DNA of 64,000 nucleotides, taken from the NCBI RefSeq assembly GCF_004010195.1, contig NC_057753.1, positions 14,173,937 to 14,237,936 on the forward strand, written 5' to 3'. Of the stretch, positions 11,200-22,805 are shown in pieces (position 1 is the stretch's first letter; each line of letters begins with the position of its first letter). Position numbers and translations under genes: made by a program. A model generated the notes under the pieces. The model saw nothing but the letters and a program-made list of their open reading frames with translations. It did not search any database and had not been told where the DNA came from. The stretch is from Chiloscyllium plagiosum. Taxonomy: Eukaryota.

Positions 11200-14100
11200 G
11201 GATGAAGGGAGCCGTGTCACTATCTTTCCACTTCGCATTGTTGTTCTGACTCAAAAGATGCTGTCGTTTTTACTCAGCAGTTCGAGAATCGGGAGAATTC
11301 TTATCGAGAGTTTTGACCAAGTTAAGACGAATGGCAGAGGCATTTGTTGATATTTGAACCGAAATGAGATGTTAGGCGGGAATAATCATGTGACCATTCA
11401 AAAACGCCGACTAACTGAACTTCAGCCCAACTGGACATCAGACAGGTACAGCAACTAGCTTTGTACTTTTAAAATGTGGCAAAATGAGCTTAAGAGTGAA
11501 AGGGTAGTTCAGTGGAAGTGGGCACACTCTCCAAAATGACAGAGGTTGGGAAATATCACGTGACTAAAGGCAATTGCATAGTATTAATGAGGACACATCC
11601 TGAAGAGAGGGACTTTCGGTAAGACCACAGAACAAAACCAAGTCTTGGCCAAACAGTTAACATTTTCTCGAGAAATCGGGCTGACAGCCCAATTAAAGTT
11701 TCAGCTAGTATGCAAAAGAGACAGCAAAAGAAATCTACTGGGTCTGAAGTGAACACGACAACTCGAAGCCCGGCATCCAGGAGATTGCACACGCTAGAAA
11801 GTTCACCTGGAGTGAATTCAAACAGTAAAAGTGTTCACGCAAAAGCAAATCAGAACCAATCAAAATAAACTTCCAGTCAAATGTTCACTTGGTTCTCATG
11901 CAGTTTGATACTGCTGCAGCTGTGTCAGTGATTACGGAACCAGTCTTTACCAGATTTCATCCTGGCCTCCAACCCTTAAGTTTGTGTAGCACATCGGCGA
12001 AACTAAGAACTTATAACGGGAACTGGTACAGATTAAGGAACAACTTGGGTTCCAATCTCTCATGAGAAACAATTGGTTCAGATACCACTGACTGCAGTTA
12101 AAGGCTCGGACGAAGATTGAAGTGGCCAAATTAATTGAGAAACGTTCAACTTGATTGTCTCAACATCATTGATGGTTACAAACAATTGCACAATGTGCAG
12201 AACAACTCGGGCCAATTATGACGCTGAAAGGGTTAGTTCTTTTTGTGGGGATTCCAAAAACTGTAAACATTGCGTAGAAAACTTACAAAAAATAATTGAA
12301 GAGGCAGCCAGGGCGTGGATATTTCCTTCATGAGACATCCATACACACAATTGAGATTAGACGATGATCCTTGAGATGTGAGACAATTAATAAGGCTTTG
12401 CACCAATACCTGCGACTGCCTTTTGGGCTATCAGCAGCCCATGCAATCTTCTACTGAAAAATAGAGAACATTTCACGAGGGTTACCTTAGGTCGCCAGTT
12501 ATCTGAATGATGTGCTAATAACAGATAAAACATCTGAAAAAAATTAGAAAGCTTGGAAATAATGTTATTTGGCTTAGGACAGAGAATGTATGTTACAGGC
12601 ACCCCAAGTGACATGTTTGTGGTACAAAGTCAACAACCCTTATTTATACTGGTTTGACAGTAATGTGAGAGCAATGGAAAGTGCCTGGCTCCAACATTTC
12701 AGAGCTCATGTCATTCCTTTGACTGGTGAATTATTACAGCATGTAAATATATAACTTGTCCTCTACCCTCGCACACTCATGCCTGCTACTAAAAGTGGAC
12801 CAGCCTTGGAAATGGTCTCGATGCCAAGATGCAGGTTTCAGGGAGCAGAAGAATAACTATTATCATCTCGATATTAGCACAGTACGAATCCCAAGCAAGA
12901 GTGTTGCTCACATACCATACGCCCCTGTATGTTATCAGAATAATGTTCACTCAGCAGTGATGTAGCGAAGAGGAACACCCGATAGCCCATGCTTCTCAGA
13001 CATTGGCTGATGCTGACGGTCGGGTACGTTTTGGTGCCGCCCTTTTGACGCCGATCATTTGGCCCCGCCGTTTTGACTCGAAACTGTTTTGGCGTTCATT
13101 ACTCTGGCGCTGAGCTGTTTTGGTGCCAATTCAGAATTTTGAAAAAGTCTTGTTTGCTTAAAGAAGAGAGGATGACTAACGACTTGATGTAATTTTCTCA
13201 ACTAGCAAGAGTTGATAGTCAAAGCTGTAATGACCCGCTGTAGATTCAAATCTCGTTTTCTAATTATTTTCTCATTTAATAATTGTTAATAGTCATCTAC
13301 TGCCTTGATGATACTTAAGCTCTTCTGTCTTCACATTGGAAAGCTGTAATACATTTTTCTTTCTATTTCCTTGTACAGTCCATACCAGAAATGGCTGTAA
13401 ACATTCTAAGCAAGAGAAACAAACCAAAACTTTCATACAATGGTTATCTATATGTGTTTGATAAATGTAGCAAAATGCAGAAATTCGTTTTTATGATGAA
13501 TAGTTTAAAAATAATGAATAAAAAAGAATTAGATTTATTTCTTACAATGCAATAAAAACGAATTTCTTACGGGCTCTACAAGACTTTTTTTAAATACTGA
13601 ATTGGTATCAAAACAGTTCAGCGCCAAAGTAATGAGCGCCAAAACAGTTCAGAGCCAAAACGGCGGGGCCAAATGATCGGCGCCAAAAGGGCGGCGCCAC
13701 ATAGTCCCATTTCGGATGCTGAAGCAATATTATGCCTGATAGCACAGGAATGTCTGGCAGTTATCATGATGTCCACAGATTCTGGTCGAATTCAGATTTG
13801 TCTTCTTATTCTGATTGTGAACAAGTGTAATTTGGAACACTCTACGGCAAGGAACATGGTCAATATGGTAGTCTTACGCGGCCAAACACTGCCAGATGCA
13901 ACACCAGTAGAGCCACCACTAGAAGAGTCTGTTCTGGTTTCAAACTTCCTTTACGCACTTGTGGTCACCACTGGCAATGTCTGTCGTGGATAGAAAAAAA
14001 TGGCAAAACGGAAACCACTGGGGGGAACGAAAAGGCTAGCAGAAACAGGATTGGAATCTTTCTGGACCTGGCGAGATCACATCACTGTGGAGGACAGCAT

Positions 14101-14750
14101 ATTATTATTATGGGGAGCTCGATTTTTGCCCCGAACAAATGTCACCTCCAGACACCAGTTGAACTCCACCAGGGATTTCCAAAATGGATATGTTGGCGAG
14201 AAGTTATGTCCAGTTGTCAGCCTTGGATCCTGATGTAGCTGGGTTGATGGTATAGCTCCCAGAGTGCTAACAAGGTAACAAATTACTGCCAGCAGCTTAT
14301 CCATATTCATGAGAATGGCCGGGAAGACCCTGGATTCGTTTGCACGTCGATTATGATATTCCTTTCATGGGTCTCTTCTTAGTTATTGTGGACTCACATT
14401 CAAAATGGTTGGATGTGCATGCAGTTTATTCATCAAACACGGGGATGGCGAAAGGAAACACACATGGTAGTCACGGACAGCAGTTATAACTTACCAGCAA
14501 GGAATTTGGATAATTTCTAGAGTCGAATGGCTTCAGGCATGTAAGAACAGATCCATACCACCCATCATCCAATTGTCTGGTGGTAAATGCAGTCCAAACT
14601 TTCAAGGAATGCTCAGCGAAGCGGCCTGCAACTTCACTCAAAGTGAAACTATCCCAGTTCATGTTTGATTATAGGACCACCTCTCAGACAACCACAGAAA
14701 CAGCTCCAGCAAAGTTAGCAATGGGGAGAAACCTCTGCACCAGTCGAAAC
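11200..14750 (+). mobile_element. Decayed Ty3/Gypsy retrotransposon, copy 2 (3'-truncated)
   Basis: Colinear with 4530-7740; MQFDTAAAVSVITE protease motif; integrase-like VIVDSHSKWLDVH. Confidence 0.85.
13017..13714 (+). mobile_element. Non-autonomous Mutator-like (MULE) DNA transposon
   Basis: ~135-bp imperfect TIRs with internal TTTGGCGCC-type repeats; 8-bp TSD GATGCTGA (13009-13016, 13715-13722); internal ORF start at 13391 MAVNILSKRNKPKLSYNGYLYVFDK resembling a FLYWCH N-terminus. Confidence 0.8.
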
Positions 14751-15399
14751 AAGTAACAGAGCTTCAGTCATAGTGGGTGCCGGGTTCAGAAATCCAGAAC
14801 ACCACCCAAATTGCCAGCAGCATTAACTCACAAGCAGAGTTAGCGAACATTCTTTTTGAGAACTGGAATGTCAAGATAAACTTCATTAATTCACTGATGA
14901 CATTCAAATTATTTGCTCTAACTTTTGTTACTTTTTGCTCGCCTGCCTATGGTTTTGAGCAGCACTTACCACATCTCTCATGTCAGCTTCCTGGATGCAT
15001 TGCTCACAGTTTGTTCAGATAATGCATTTGCTCAGAGTGGGTTTTAAATCAGGATTGTTTCGTTCATACACAGAACAGATCTCAGACCTTTAAAACAGCC
15101 GTAAATTTACATTCTGAACAATGTTAGCTATACTTAAGACTGTGTCCTTAATGATCTGTAACTTCCGTAATTTATTGAATGTTTGTAACAATTAAAGAAC
15201 AGAAAACTTATCATCACCGATGCTCTCGAATGTGTGGAGCCATTACCAATCGAAAAACAGTGAAGTAAAAGAAATGCGGATTAAGTTCTTAGAGTTCTGC
15301 AAAATAATAACTTTTCAGCAAAATCTACTTTATCTTCATCACCATCGCAATATTTTCTCTGTAAATATTCTGTTGCGTGTTTGATAGATGTCAGTACCA

Positions 15400-16505
15400 G
15401 TAGAAGGTATAGACTAGCTATTTGCATACAGAATTAGATCGAATGTAGAAGACAGAGGGTGGTGATGGAGGGTTGCTTTTCAGGCTGGAGACCTGTGATG
15501 AGTGCTGTGTTGAAAAGATTGGTGCTGGATCCACCGACTTTCATCATTTCAATAAATGATTTCGATTTTACCATAGGAGGTATACTTAGTAAGTTGGCAG
15601 ATGACACCAAAATTGGAGATGTGGTCGACAGTGAAGAAGGTTTTCTCCGAGTACAACTGCATCTTAGTCAGAATGGCGTATGGGTCGAGAAGTGGCAGAC
15701 ATAGGTTAATTTAGATAAATGTAAGGTACTGCAACTAGTGAAGGCAAATTAGGGCAGGGTTACAACACATAATGAAAAGGTCCTGGGGGTGTTAATGAAT
15801 AAATAACCTTGCAGTGCACGTTCATAGTTATTTGAAAGTGGAGTCGTCAATAGGTAGGATAGTGAAGAAAACGTTTGGCATGGTTTTCTTTGCTGATCAG
15901 AGCAACGAGTATAGGAGTTGGGAGGTCATGATGTGGCTGTACAGAACATTGGTTAGGCCACTTTTGGAATATTGCCTGCAATTTCGGTCTCAAGGATTTT
16001 GTGAAATCTGAAATTTGAAAGTGTTCCATGAAAAAAAAATAGAAAAAGGTTGCCAGGGTTGCAGGGTTTGAGCTAAAGAAAAGAGAGGCTGAATAGACTG
16101 GGCCTGTTCTCACTAGAGCATCAGAGGCTGAGGGGTAGCCTGGCAGAAGTTTATAAAATCATGAAGGGTGCAGATAGAGTAAGTAGACACGGTATCTTCC
16201 CTTGGGTGGGGTGGTATAGAACTATAGGATTTAGGGTGCAAGGGGAATAATTTAAAAGGAACTACGGGGCAACTTTTTTACTCAAATATTCGCCTGTATG
16301 GAATGAGTTGTCAGAGAAATTGGTGGAGAGTGACATAATTACAATACTTCAAACGCATCTGGGTGAGTATATGAATCGAAAAAGTTTGCTGGATTATGGG
16401 CCAAGTGGTGGAAATTGGGACCAGATTCGTATACGACATCTGGTCGGCATGGACGAGTTGGACGAAAATATTTGTTTTTGTTCTGTACAGTTCTATGACT
16501 CTGTG
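15400..16505 (+). mobile_element. CR1 LINE 3' fragment (RT C-terminus + 3' UTR)
   Basis: FSGWRPV..LADDTKIG, LYRTLVRPLLEYC motifs; tctatgactc tail. Confidence 0.9.
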
Positions 16506-17105
16506 ACCTTAGAGTCGCTACCTCTCCTTCTGTTTAAAGACCTGAGGGGAGTGATTGAATAACAGAATTTCCAAATAAATTCTGAATAAATAAAATTTCA
16601 AAAGGAAGTTGAAATGTACTTCTTTCACATTTACATGGTAAAAGTGCTAACTGCACGATTCAGATACAAAGCAGATATATTGTTACTTTCTTCTATGTAA
16701 CAGGGTCATCGAATATTGAAGACGACCAATCAAAAGCTCAGCTCTCAGGAATCTCATGTAGTCTGTCTGGTTGCAATTGACTTGTGGTGGAGGTGAGGAT
16801 GTGAAGCTTAGAGAAGGACAGCTCATTCCTAGCTCATTGTCTGCAACTAATATGAAAGCGGGTTCGTTAGAGTGGGAAGTACAATTGGGTCTGATTAAAT
16901 GGTACTCTGTTCGGGAGTCTGCATCTCTGATATCACGTCTTCCATTTTTCGCTTCTCAGCAACTACGAGAAACAGTGGGTTGACAGGTTGATCCTTGGTT
17001 AGGTTGGTTTCCTCTCAGAGTGAGTGTGAGCTCCTAAAATCACATTGTACTGTCCAGGTTTCTGCAGAAATTCCAACAGATGAATATCCATCTACCTTGA
17101 AAGAC

Positions 17106-17144
17106 AGTTTTTGCACAAGGGTGGGACACTTTCTCATCACTGTG
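17106..17144 (-). other. 23-RSS of V3
   Basis: CACAGTG + 23 nt + GCAAAAACT. Confidence 0.92.
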
Positions 17145-17599
17145 TGTCACTGAGCACGCAGAAGTATACAGAAGCATCAGTCAGCTGCAGCCACGAAATA
17201 GTCAAACTCATGGATTTTGTCGATGTCTGAAGTAATGCTAAAAAGCGTCGATTAGCAAAATCTGCCTTATCCTCAGAACCAGAAGGATATATTCTCAGGA
17301 TAAATTCGGGCTGCGAATCTGGCTGTTGTCGATACCAGAATAATACATAGTTGCTCGATGTAGTATCAAAGGTACAGCTCAGATTCACCGCCTCTCCCTC
17401 TGTCTGAACGGCTGAGGAGAGTGGTTGAGTGACAGAATCTGCATGACTCATGTCTGAAAGGGAAAGCATATAACAATTGCCAAAAAGAGAGAATGTCGTT
17501 AGTTTAAAATGGGACTTGAAAAGAAAAGTGCGATACATTTGCTTCTCAGTTACCTGTTAGAAATGCTCCCCACACAAAGCAGATGCTCAACAGCCGCAT
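17145..17599 (-). CDS. TCR alpha/delta-type V segment V3 (family B), intact; leader 17599-17554, V exon 17453-17145
   Basis: Leader MRLLSICFVWGAFLT (alternative in-frame ATG at 17611); DMSHADSVTQ..LSC..LFWYRQ..DASVYFCVLSD; RSS. Confidence 0.93.
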
Positions 17600-18261
17600 G
17601 ATCTCTGACATTTATTCAACAAGGCAGTCAGTTAAATAAGGTCTACCACTCTAAAGCTTCGCTCACAGGAAGCAGCTGTCGTATTTGTTGATGATCTCAC
17701 CTCATTGGTTTGTGTCGGTGACAATGCCGTGATGGTGGCAGGGGGAGATATGACAATCAGTGAATTGACACTTCCCAAGATGAGTTACACAATTTGCCCT
17801 GAAAACAGACGATCGACAAGTCCGATAGTTTGGCTCAATCCATGATCAGCAGCTGCCATGTTTTCGGTAGCCTTATTCGCAAGACCATTTCTTTCTGTCC
17901 CAATTCCCTAATTTAAGGCAGCTTTCATTGTTAACCAGTGAGATGGTTCTCCCAAAATACTGACGCCCGCCCCCTTCGAAAATTTCAGCCCACCCTAAAA
18001 TTTCTGTGACCATGCAAAATGACCCTATCAAAGTACTGACCCTCCTGTGCTACCTCCCGCTTCATTGTACTTAACGTCAAACCTATCCATTATCATCTCT
18101 GATATCACGTCTTCCATTTTTCGCTTCTTCATACCAATCTATCGGTTTTTTTTCTCTAGTTAGACTTAAAATTACGTGTTTTGATCTGATTGTTCCTTTC
18201 AACAATCATCAGTAGACTCAGTCTCAGATTCCTACCTCACTCTCACTCTCTGTATGTGCCT

Positions 18262-18448
18262 TCCAGCGGAAGCTGGTACAATTGCAACATTTAAGAGGCA
18301 TTTGGATGGGTATATGAATAGGAAGGGTTTCGAGCGATATGGGCCGGGTGCTGGCAGGTGGGACAAGATTGGGTTGGGATATCTGGTCGGCATGGATGGG
18401 TTGGAACGAAGGGACTATTTCCATGCTGTACATCTCTGTGACTCTAAT
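18262..18448 (+). mobile_element. CR1 3' end fragment
   Basis: AGTIATFKRHLDGYM motif and 3' UTR homologous to 16320-16505. Confidence 0.75.
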
Positions 18449-18621
18449 ATAGCCCCATGTACAGCTGAAAACGATCTCAGAAGCTCTATCTGCCCCAGGG
18501 GTTATAAATCCCCTGTTATTTTTACATGTGTTTTTGTCATAGATTATGCATGTCCTACTGTGTGGTGTCATTCTGTCTGCACTCGTGTTCGATTTGAAAC
18601 CTGTTCCAACATTTAGAAATC

Positions 18622-19228
18622 TTTGAGGAGAAAGCGAGGTCTGCAGATGCTGGAGATCAGAGCTGAAAATGAGTTGCTGGAAAAGCGCAGCAGGTCAGGC
18701 AGCATCCAGGGAACAGGAGAATCGACGTTTCGGGCATAAGCCCTTCTTCAGGATTGAGGAAAGTTTGTCCAGCAGGCTAAGATAAAAGGTAGGGAGGAGG
18801 GACTTGGGGGAGGGGCGTCGGAAATGTGATAGGTGGAAGAGGTCAAGGTGAGGGTGATAGGTCAGACTGGGGTGGGGGCGGAGAGGTCAGGAAGAAGATT
18901 GCAGGTTAGGAAGGCGGTGCTGAATTCGATGGATTTGACTGAGACAAGGTGGGGGGAGGGGGAATGAGGAAACTGGTGAAATCCGAGTTCATCCCTTGTG
19001 GTTGGCGGGTTCCTAGGCGGAAGATGAGGCGCTCTTCCTCCAGCCGTCGTTTTGTTTTGGTCTGGTGATGGAGGAGTCCAAAGACCTGCATATCCTTGGT
19101 GGAGTGGGAGGGGGAGTTGAAGTGTTGAGCCACAGGGTGGTTGGGTTGGTTGATCCGGGTGTCCCAGAGGTGTTCTCTGAAACGCTTCGCAAGTAGCCGG
19201 CCTGTCTCCCCAATATAGAGGAGGCAGG
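18622..19228 (-). mobile_element. Penelope-like retroelement 3' end, well preserved
   Basis: Uninterrupted frame LYIGETGRLLAKRFREHLWD..HPVAQHFNSPSH..LEEERLIFRLGT (GIY-YIG C-terminal part), then terminal repeat 18622-18760. Confidence 0.88.
18720..18755 (-). ncRNA. Minimal type I hammerhead ribozyme motif in Penelope terminal repeat
   Basis: Minus strand AAUC-CUGAAGA-A-GGGC(UUAU)GCCC-GAAA-CG-UC-GAUU: stem I AAUC/GAUU, stem II 4 bp, palindromic ACGU in place of stem III. Confidence 0.7.
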
Positions 19229-21093
19229 CAGCTTGTCCGAGGATAGGTCGGCACTCTGCCCCTCTCTATAGGTTTAGGTGAGGGGGATACCCTTTCCAAT
19301 GTTTGCTTTCACCTTCGGCTGGTGAGTGAGTGAATCAGACAGACTCCCTGACAAACACAAATAAACAGGCATTGTGTTCGGAGGTGATAAATCCAAAGAA
19401 GATTGGACAGGCAGGACTCAGATCCGCCAGATGATGGAGAGGCAGGACAAAAAAAAAGGAAAGATAAATTAAAAACCAACAACTTCATTAGAAAGCGTTT
19501 TGAGAATGTCCTTCAGATTTTTCTTTGTTCACACGAACATAAGAAGAGGATACAAGAGTGGGCCACCCGGCTGTTTGCAGGTCGTTCAACAATTCAGGAA
19601 GATCATAGTTGATCTAAATGTAATAACAAAAATGTATTCCTGCACATTCCTCATAATCCTTCATTCCCTTGGTCGTCAAAAATCTGTTAAACATCGTTTT
19701 TAAAATATTAAAATATTGTATGTCCGATGTACTTTGAGAAATGGAATTCCAAAGAATCAAATTCCATTAAATGAAAAAAAAAACATCAAACATGCTTTCT
19801 CATCTCTACCTAAAATGGACGCTCTAAACTCGACACATCCTTTCATTTTGACAATTGGACAGCGAATCTGTGGTCTGAGTGCTCTTTGGGATAATGCACC
19901 TCTGGTCAGGTCATTACGGTGAAGCTACACATATAAAGCAAGGTAATTGTGCTGCAGTTCATTCTCAGTGAGAATAACTTACAGACTACCGGTATCAATG
20001 GAGTCTTTGTGACCTTTCTTTGGAAAAGAACATGGAATCAACTCCCATGGGAGAAATTATGACAGCAGATAATAATGAAAAGATATAGCTCCTTGGACAC
20101 ACATTGCATTTCGCAATGCGGAAAGAGGCCGATCATTCTAATGACCATTCCTGGTGCAGATGCACGCTCCTGCTTCTTCTCAAACTCTTCAAACAATTCT
20201 TGTTGCTTTCTTTCTGCTGTGTTCGTCCAGTGCAAAATATTCAGCATTTATCACAAGTCCATCATCTGTCAGCAAAACAGGTCAAAACAAGAAGTGAAGC
20301 TTTTACAGTTCTGGTCACATTAATCGAGCAATAAATATCCCTGGACATCTTTGTTAAACCGAGATAACAATAGTGGAGCCATAACAAGAGAAATCACATT
20401 CAAATTGCAATTGAAACTTGATAAACTGCAATGTAACTCATAGCCTGAAACATTTTAGGTTTTTTTTTTATTGCTGTCTCAAATAAAAATGATGTTGTGT
20501 TCAGTGGTACAGAGAGAACCCAACAGAAGTGAATAAGAATGAAACTCAAGACAGATGCATGCCATTTGAGTGGGGCAAGGACTGTAATGATTCACGAATA
20601 GTTAAACCAACAGAGGAGATACAAATTGAGACAGTTGACAATCATACCGAGAAAGAGCAGGAGAGGGGAATTGGGTCAAAGTACAGTACAGGACCATTAC
20701 TGTGTCACCCATTCTACAGTCCCACCCTCAGCAAATATATTTAATATCTTTGGATGCTGGCAGCACATTGCTTTCTCTTGGAGGTGAGAATATGAAACTC
20801 AGAAATTGAGAGGTCCCTCCATGTCACTGTCTACAACTTTCATGACAACATATTGTTGAGGTTGGAGACTAGCAAGAGTGCGTTCACACGGGATTCTGTT
20901 CTCCCTGTATCTCGTGCTCAAAGTGTGTCGTTTACTTTCTCAACAATTACAGGAAGCAGGTCAGTGACAGTTTGATCCAACGTTAGCTTGGTTTCCTCTC
21001 AGTGTGGGTTTGAGCTAGTAACAGAAAATTGTAGCTGCCCTGGATTCAACTCAAATTGCAACAAGTAGAGACATATCTGTTGTCTAAAGGCAT

Positions 21094-21132
21094 AGATTTT
21101 GTAAAGGGTTCAGACTGTTTCTCATCACTGTG
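21094..21132 (-). other. 23-RSS of V4
   Basis: CACAGTG + 23 nt + ACAAAATCT. Confidence 0.92.
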
Positions 21133-21587
21133 AGTTCCAAAAAGCACAGTAATACACGGCAGTGTCAGTCAGCTCCAGCCCGGCTATTGTCAAACTGGTG
21201 AATTTCTTCGAGGTCTGAAGATCTATAGAAAAACGTTCTGTAGCAAAATCTGCTTTATACACATTGCCATTAGTACTTTTCCTCAGTATGTATTCGGGCT
21301 GTGTGCCTGGATGCTGTCGATACCAGAATAGTACATAGCTACTCCATGTAGTGTCATAGGTACAGTTAAGTTTCACCGCTTCTCCTTCTGTCACAGTATC
21401 TGAGGCAAGTGACTGAGTGACAGAATCCGCTTGACTCAGATCTGAAAGGGAAAACAAATATCAAAGGCATCATGACTGCCGGGCATCAGGTAAACATAGA
21501 ATTTGTCATAGAAATTTGATAAGCCTTTCCTTCACATTTACCTGTCAGAATTGATCCCAACAATACACAGATACTGAGGAGCCACAT
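21133..21587 (-). CDS. TCR alpha/delta-type V segment V4 (family B), intact; leader 21587-21542, V exon 21441-21133
   Basis: Leader MWLLSICVLLGSILT; DLSQADSVTQ..LNC..LFWYRQHPGTQPEYIL..DTAVYYCAFWNS; RSS. Confidence 0.94.
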
Positions 21588-22184
21588 TGTCTCTATCCTC
21601 TGTGCAACAGTCAGATATTTGAAGATACTCATTCCAAAACCCCGCCTTCGGTATGATGATGTCGTGTTTCTGAGTTTCATGTTTCCTGCTCTCTGTTCAA
21701 GGACGACTGACTCTTAGTGCATTAACACATTCTGAATTGGGTTGCAGTCACCGTTCACAAAACGAAGTAAAGGGAACTCTGACAAATTGGTTTCCATCCA
21801 TGATAATCAAATCCACAGATTCTCAGTACCCTTAATCAAAATGATATGTTCGTTTACTGTCATACTGACGAATTGGCGCCACTTCATGCTGTTAATCAGT
21901 TAATTGTCTCAAATTGCCTTGGCTTCCACAAGGGCTCCGTCACACCCGTTAACGATGCGGCCCGACAAACTGCACACTATCAAAGTGCAATCCCTCAATC
22001 CCAGAACCAGCATCACTGAACTCAATTTCAACCTCATACAGCAACATCTTATTTATCATTTTCACTAGATTATGCTTTTACTCTGGAATTCTGCTACTGT
22101 TTCATTAAACTCATGCTCACGACTATCCTACTCCCTCTTCTGGATCCTCTCAGCATTCGTCACTAAGCTCATTTACACTTTCGA

Positions 22185-22490
22185 TTAGTTTAGATTCACT
22201 ACAGTGCGGCCCAACAAGTCCACACCAACGCTCCAAAGAGTAACCTATCCAGACCCATTTCCTTCTAACTAATGCTCCAAATACCATGTAAAGTTTAGCA
22301 TTGCCAATTCATCTAACCAGCACATCTATGGACAGTAGGAGGAAACCGGAGCACCCAGAGGAAACCCACGCAGACACAGGGAGAATGTACAATATCCACA
22401 CAGACAGTCGCACCCAGGCTGGAATCTAATTCGGGTGCCTGGCGCTGTGAGGCAGCAGTACTAACCACTGAGCCACCATGACACCCACTT
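22185..22490 (-). mobile_element. tRNA-derived SINE (elasmobranch HE1-like)
   Basis: Reverse complement of ggtggctcagtggttagtactgctgcctcacagcgcc head, homologous to 25187-25510. Confidence 0.85.
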
Positions 22491-22704
22491 TAGTTGCAGC
22501 TAATCCTTTTCTTTAGCACTGAAGACTGAGGCCACGCAGAAAAAAAAACAGTTTTACATCTGAATAATTGCACAGTTGTTGTGTTAGGTATTACCGACCT
22601 CAGAGTCTGATTTGTGTGTGTGCATATGTATGTGCGAGTGTACTGCCTGTGTGAATATGTGTTTTTTTCTGCGTGCGTGTGCTCGAGACTAAACTTGTTT
22701 CTGT

Positions 22705-22805
22705 ATGTTCCTGAAGAAGGGTTTATGCCCGAAACGTCGATTCTCCTGTTCCTTTGATGCTGCCTGACCTGCTGAGCTTTTCCAGCAACACATATGTAAG
22801 TTCTG
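22705..22805 (+). mobile_element. Solitary Penelope terminal repeat with hammerhead core
   Basis: CTGAAGAAGGGTTTATGCCCGAAACGTCGATT (22711-22742); near-identical to reverse complement of 18670-18751. Confidence 0.8.

Noticed and set aside
13017-13140. Short spaced repeats resembling a CRISPR array
   Set aside because: Vertebrate DNA; the repeats are subterminal motifs mirrored in the opposite TIR of a DNA transposon
20038-20334. Overlapping ORFs with coiled-coil-like AERKQQELFEEFEKKQE
   Set aside because: No family recognised and no exon structure; cannot be supported as a gene
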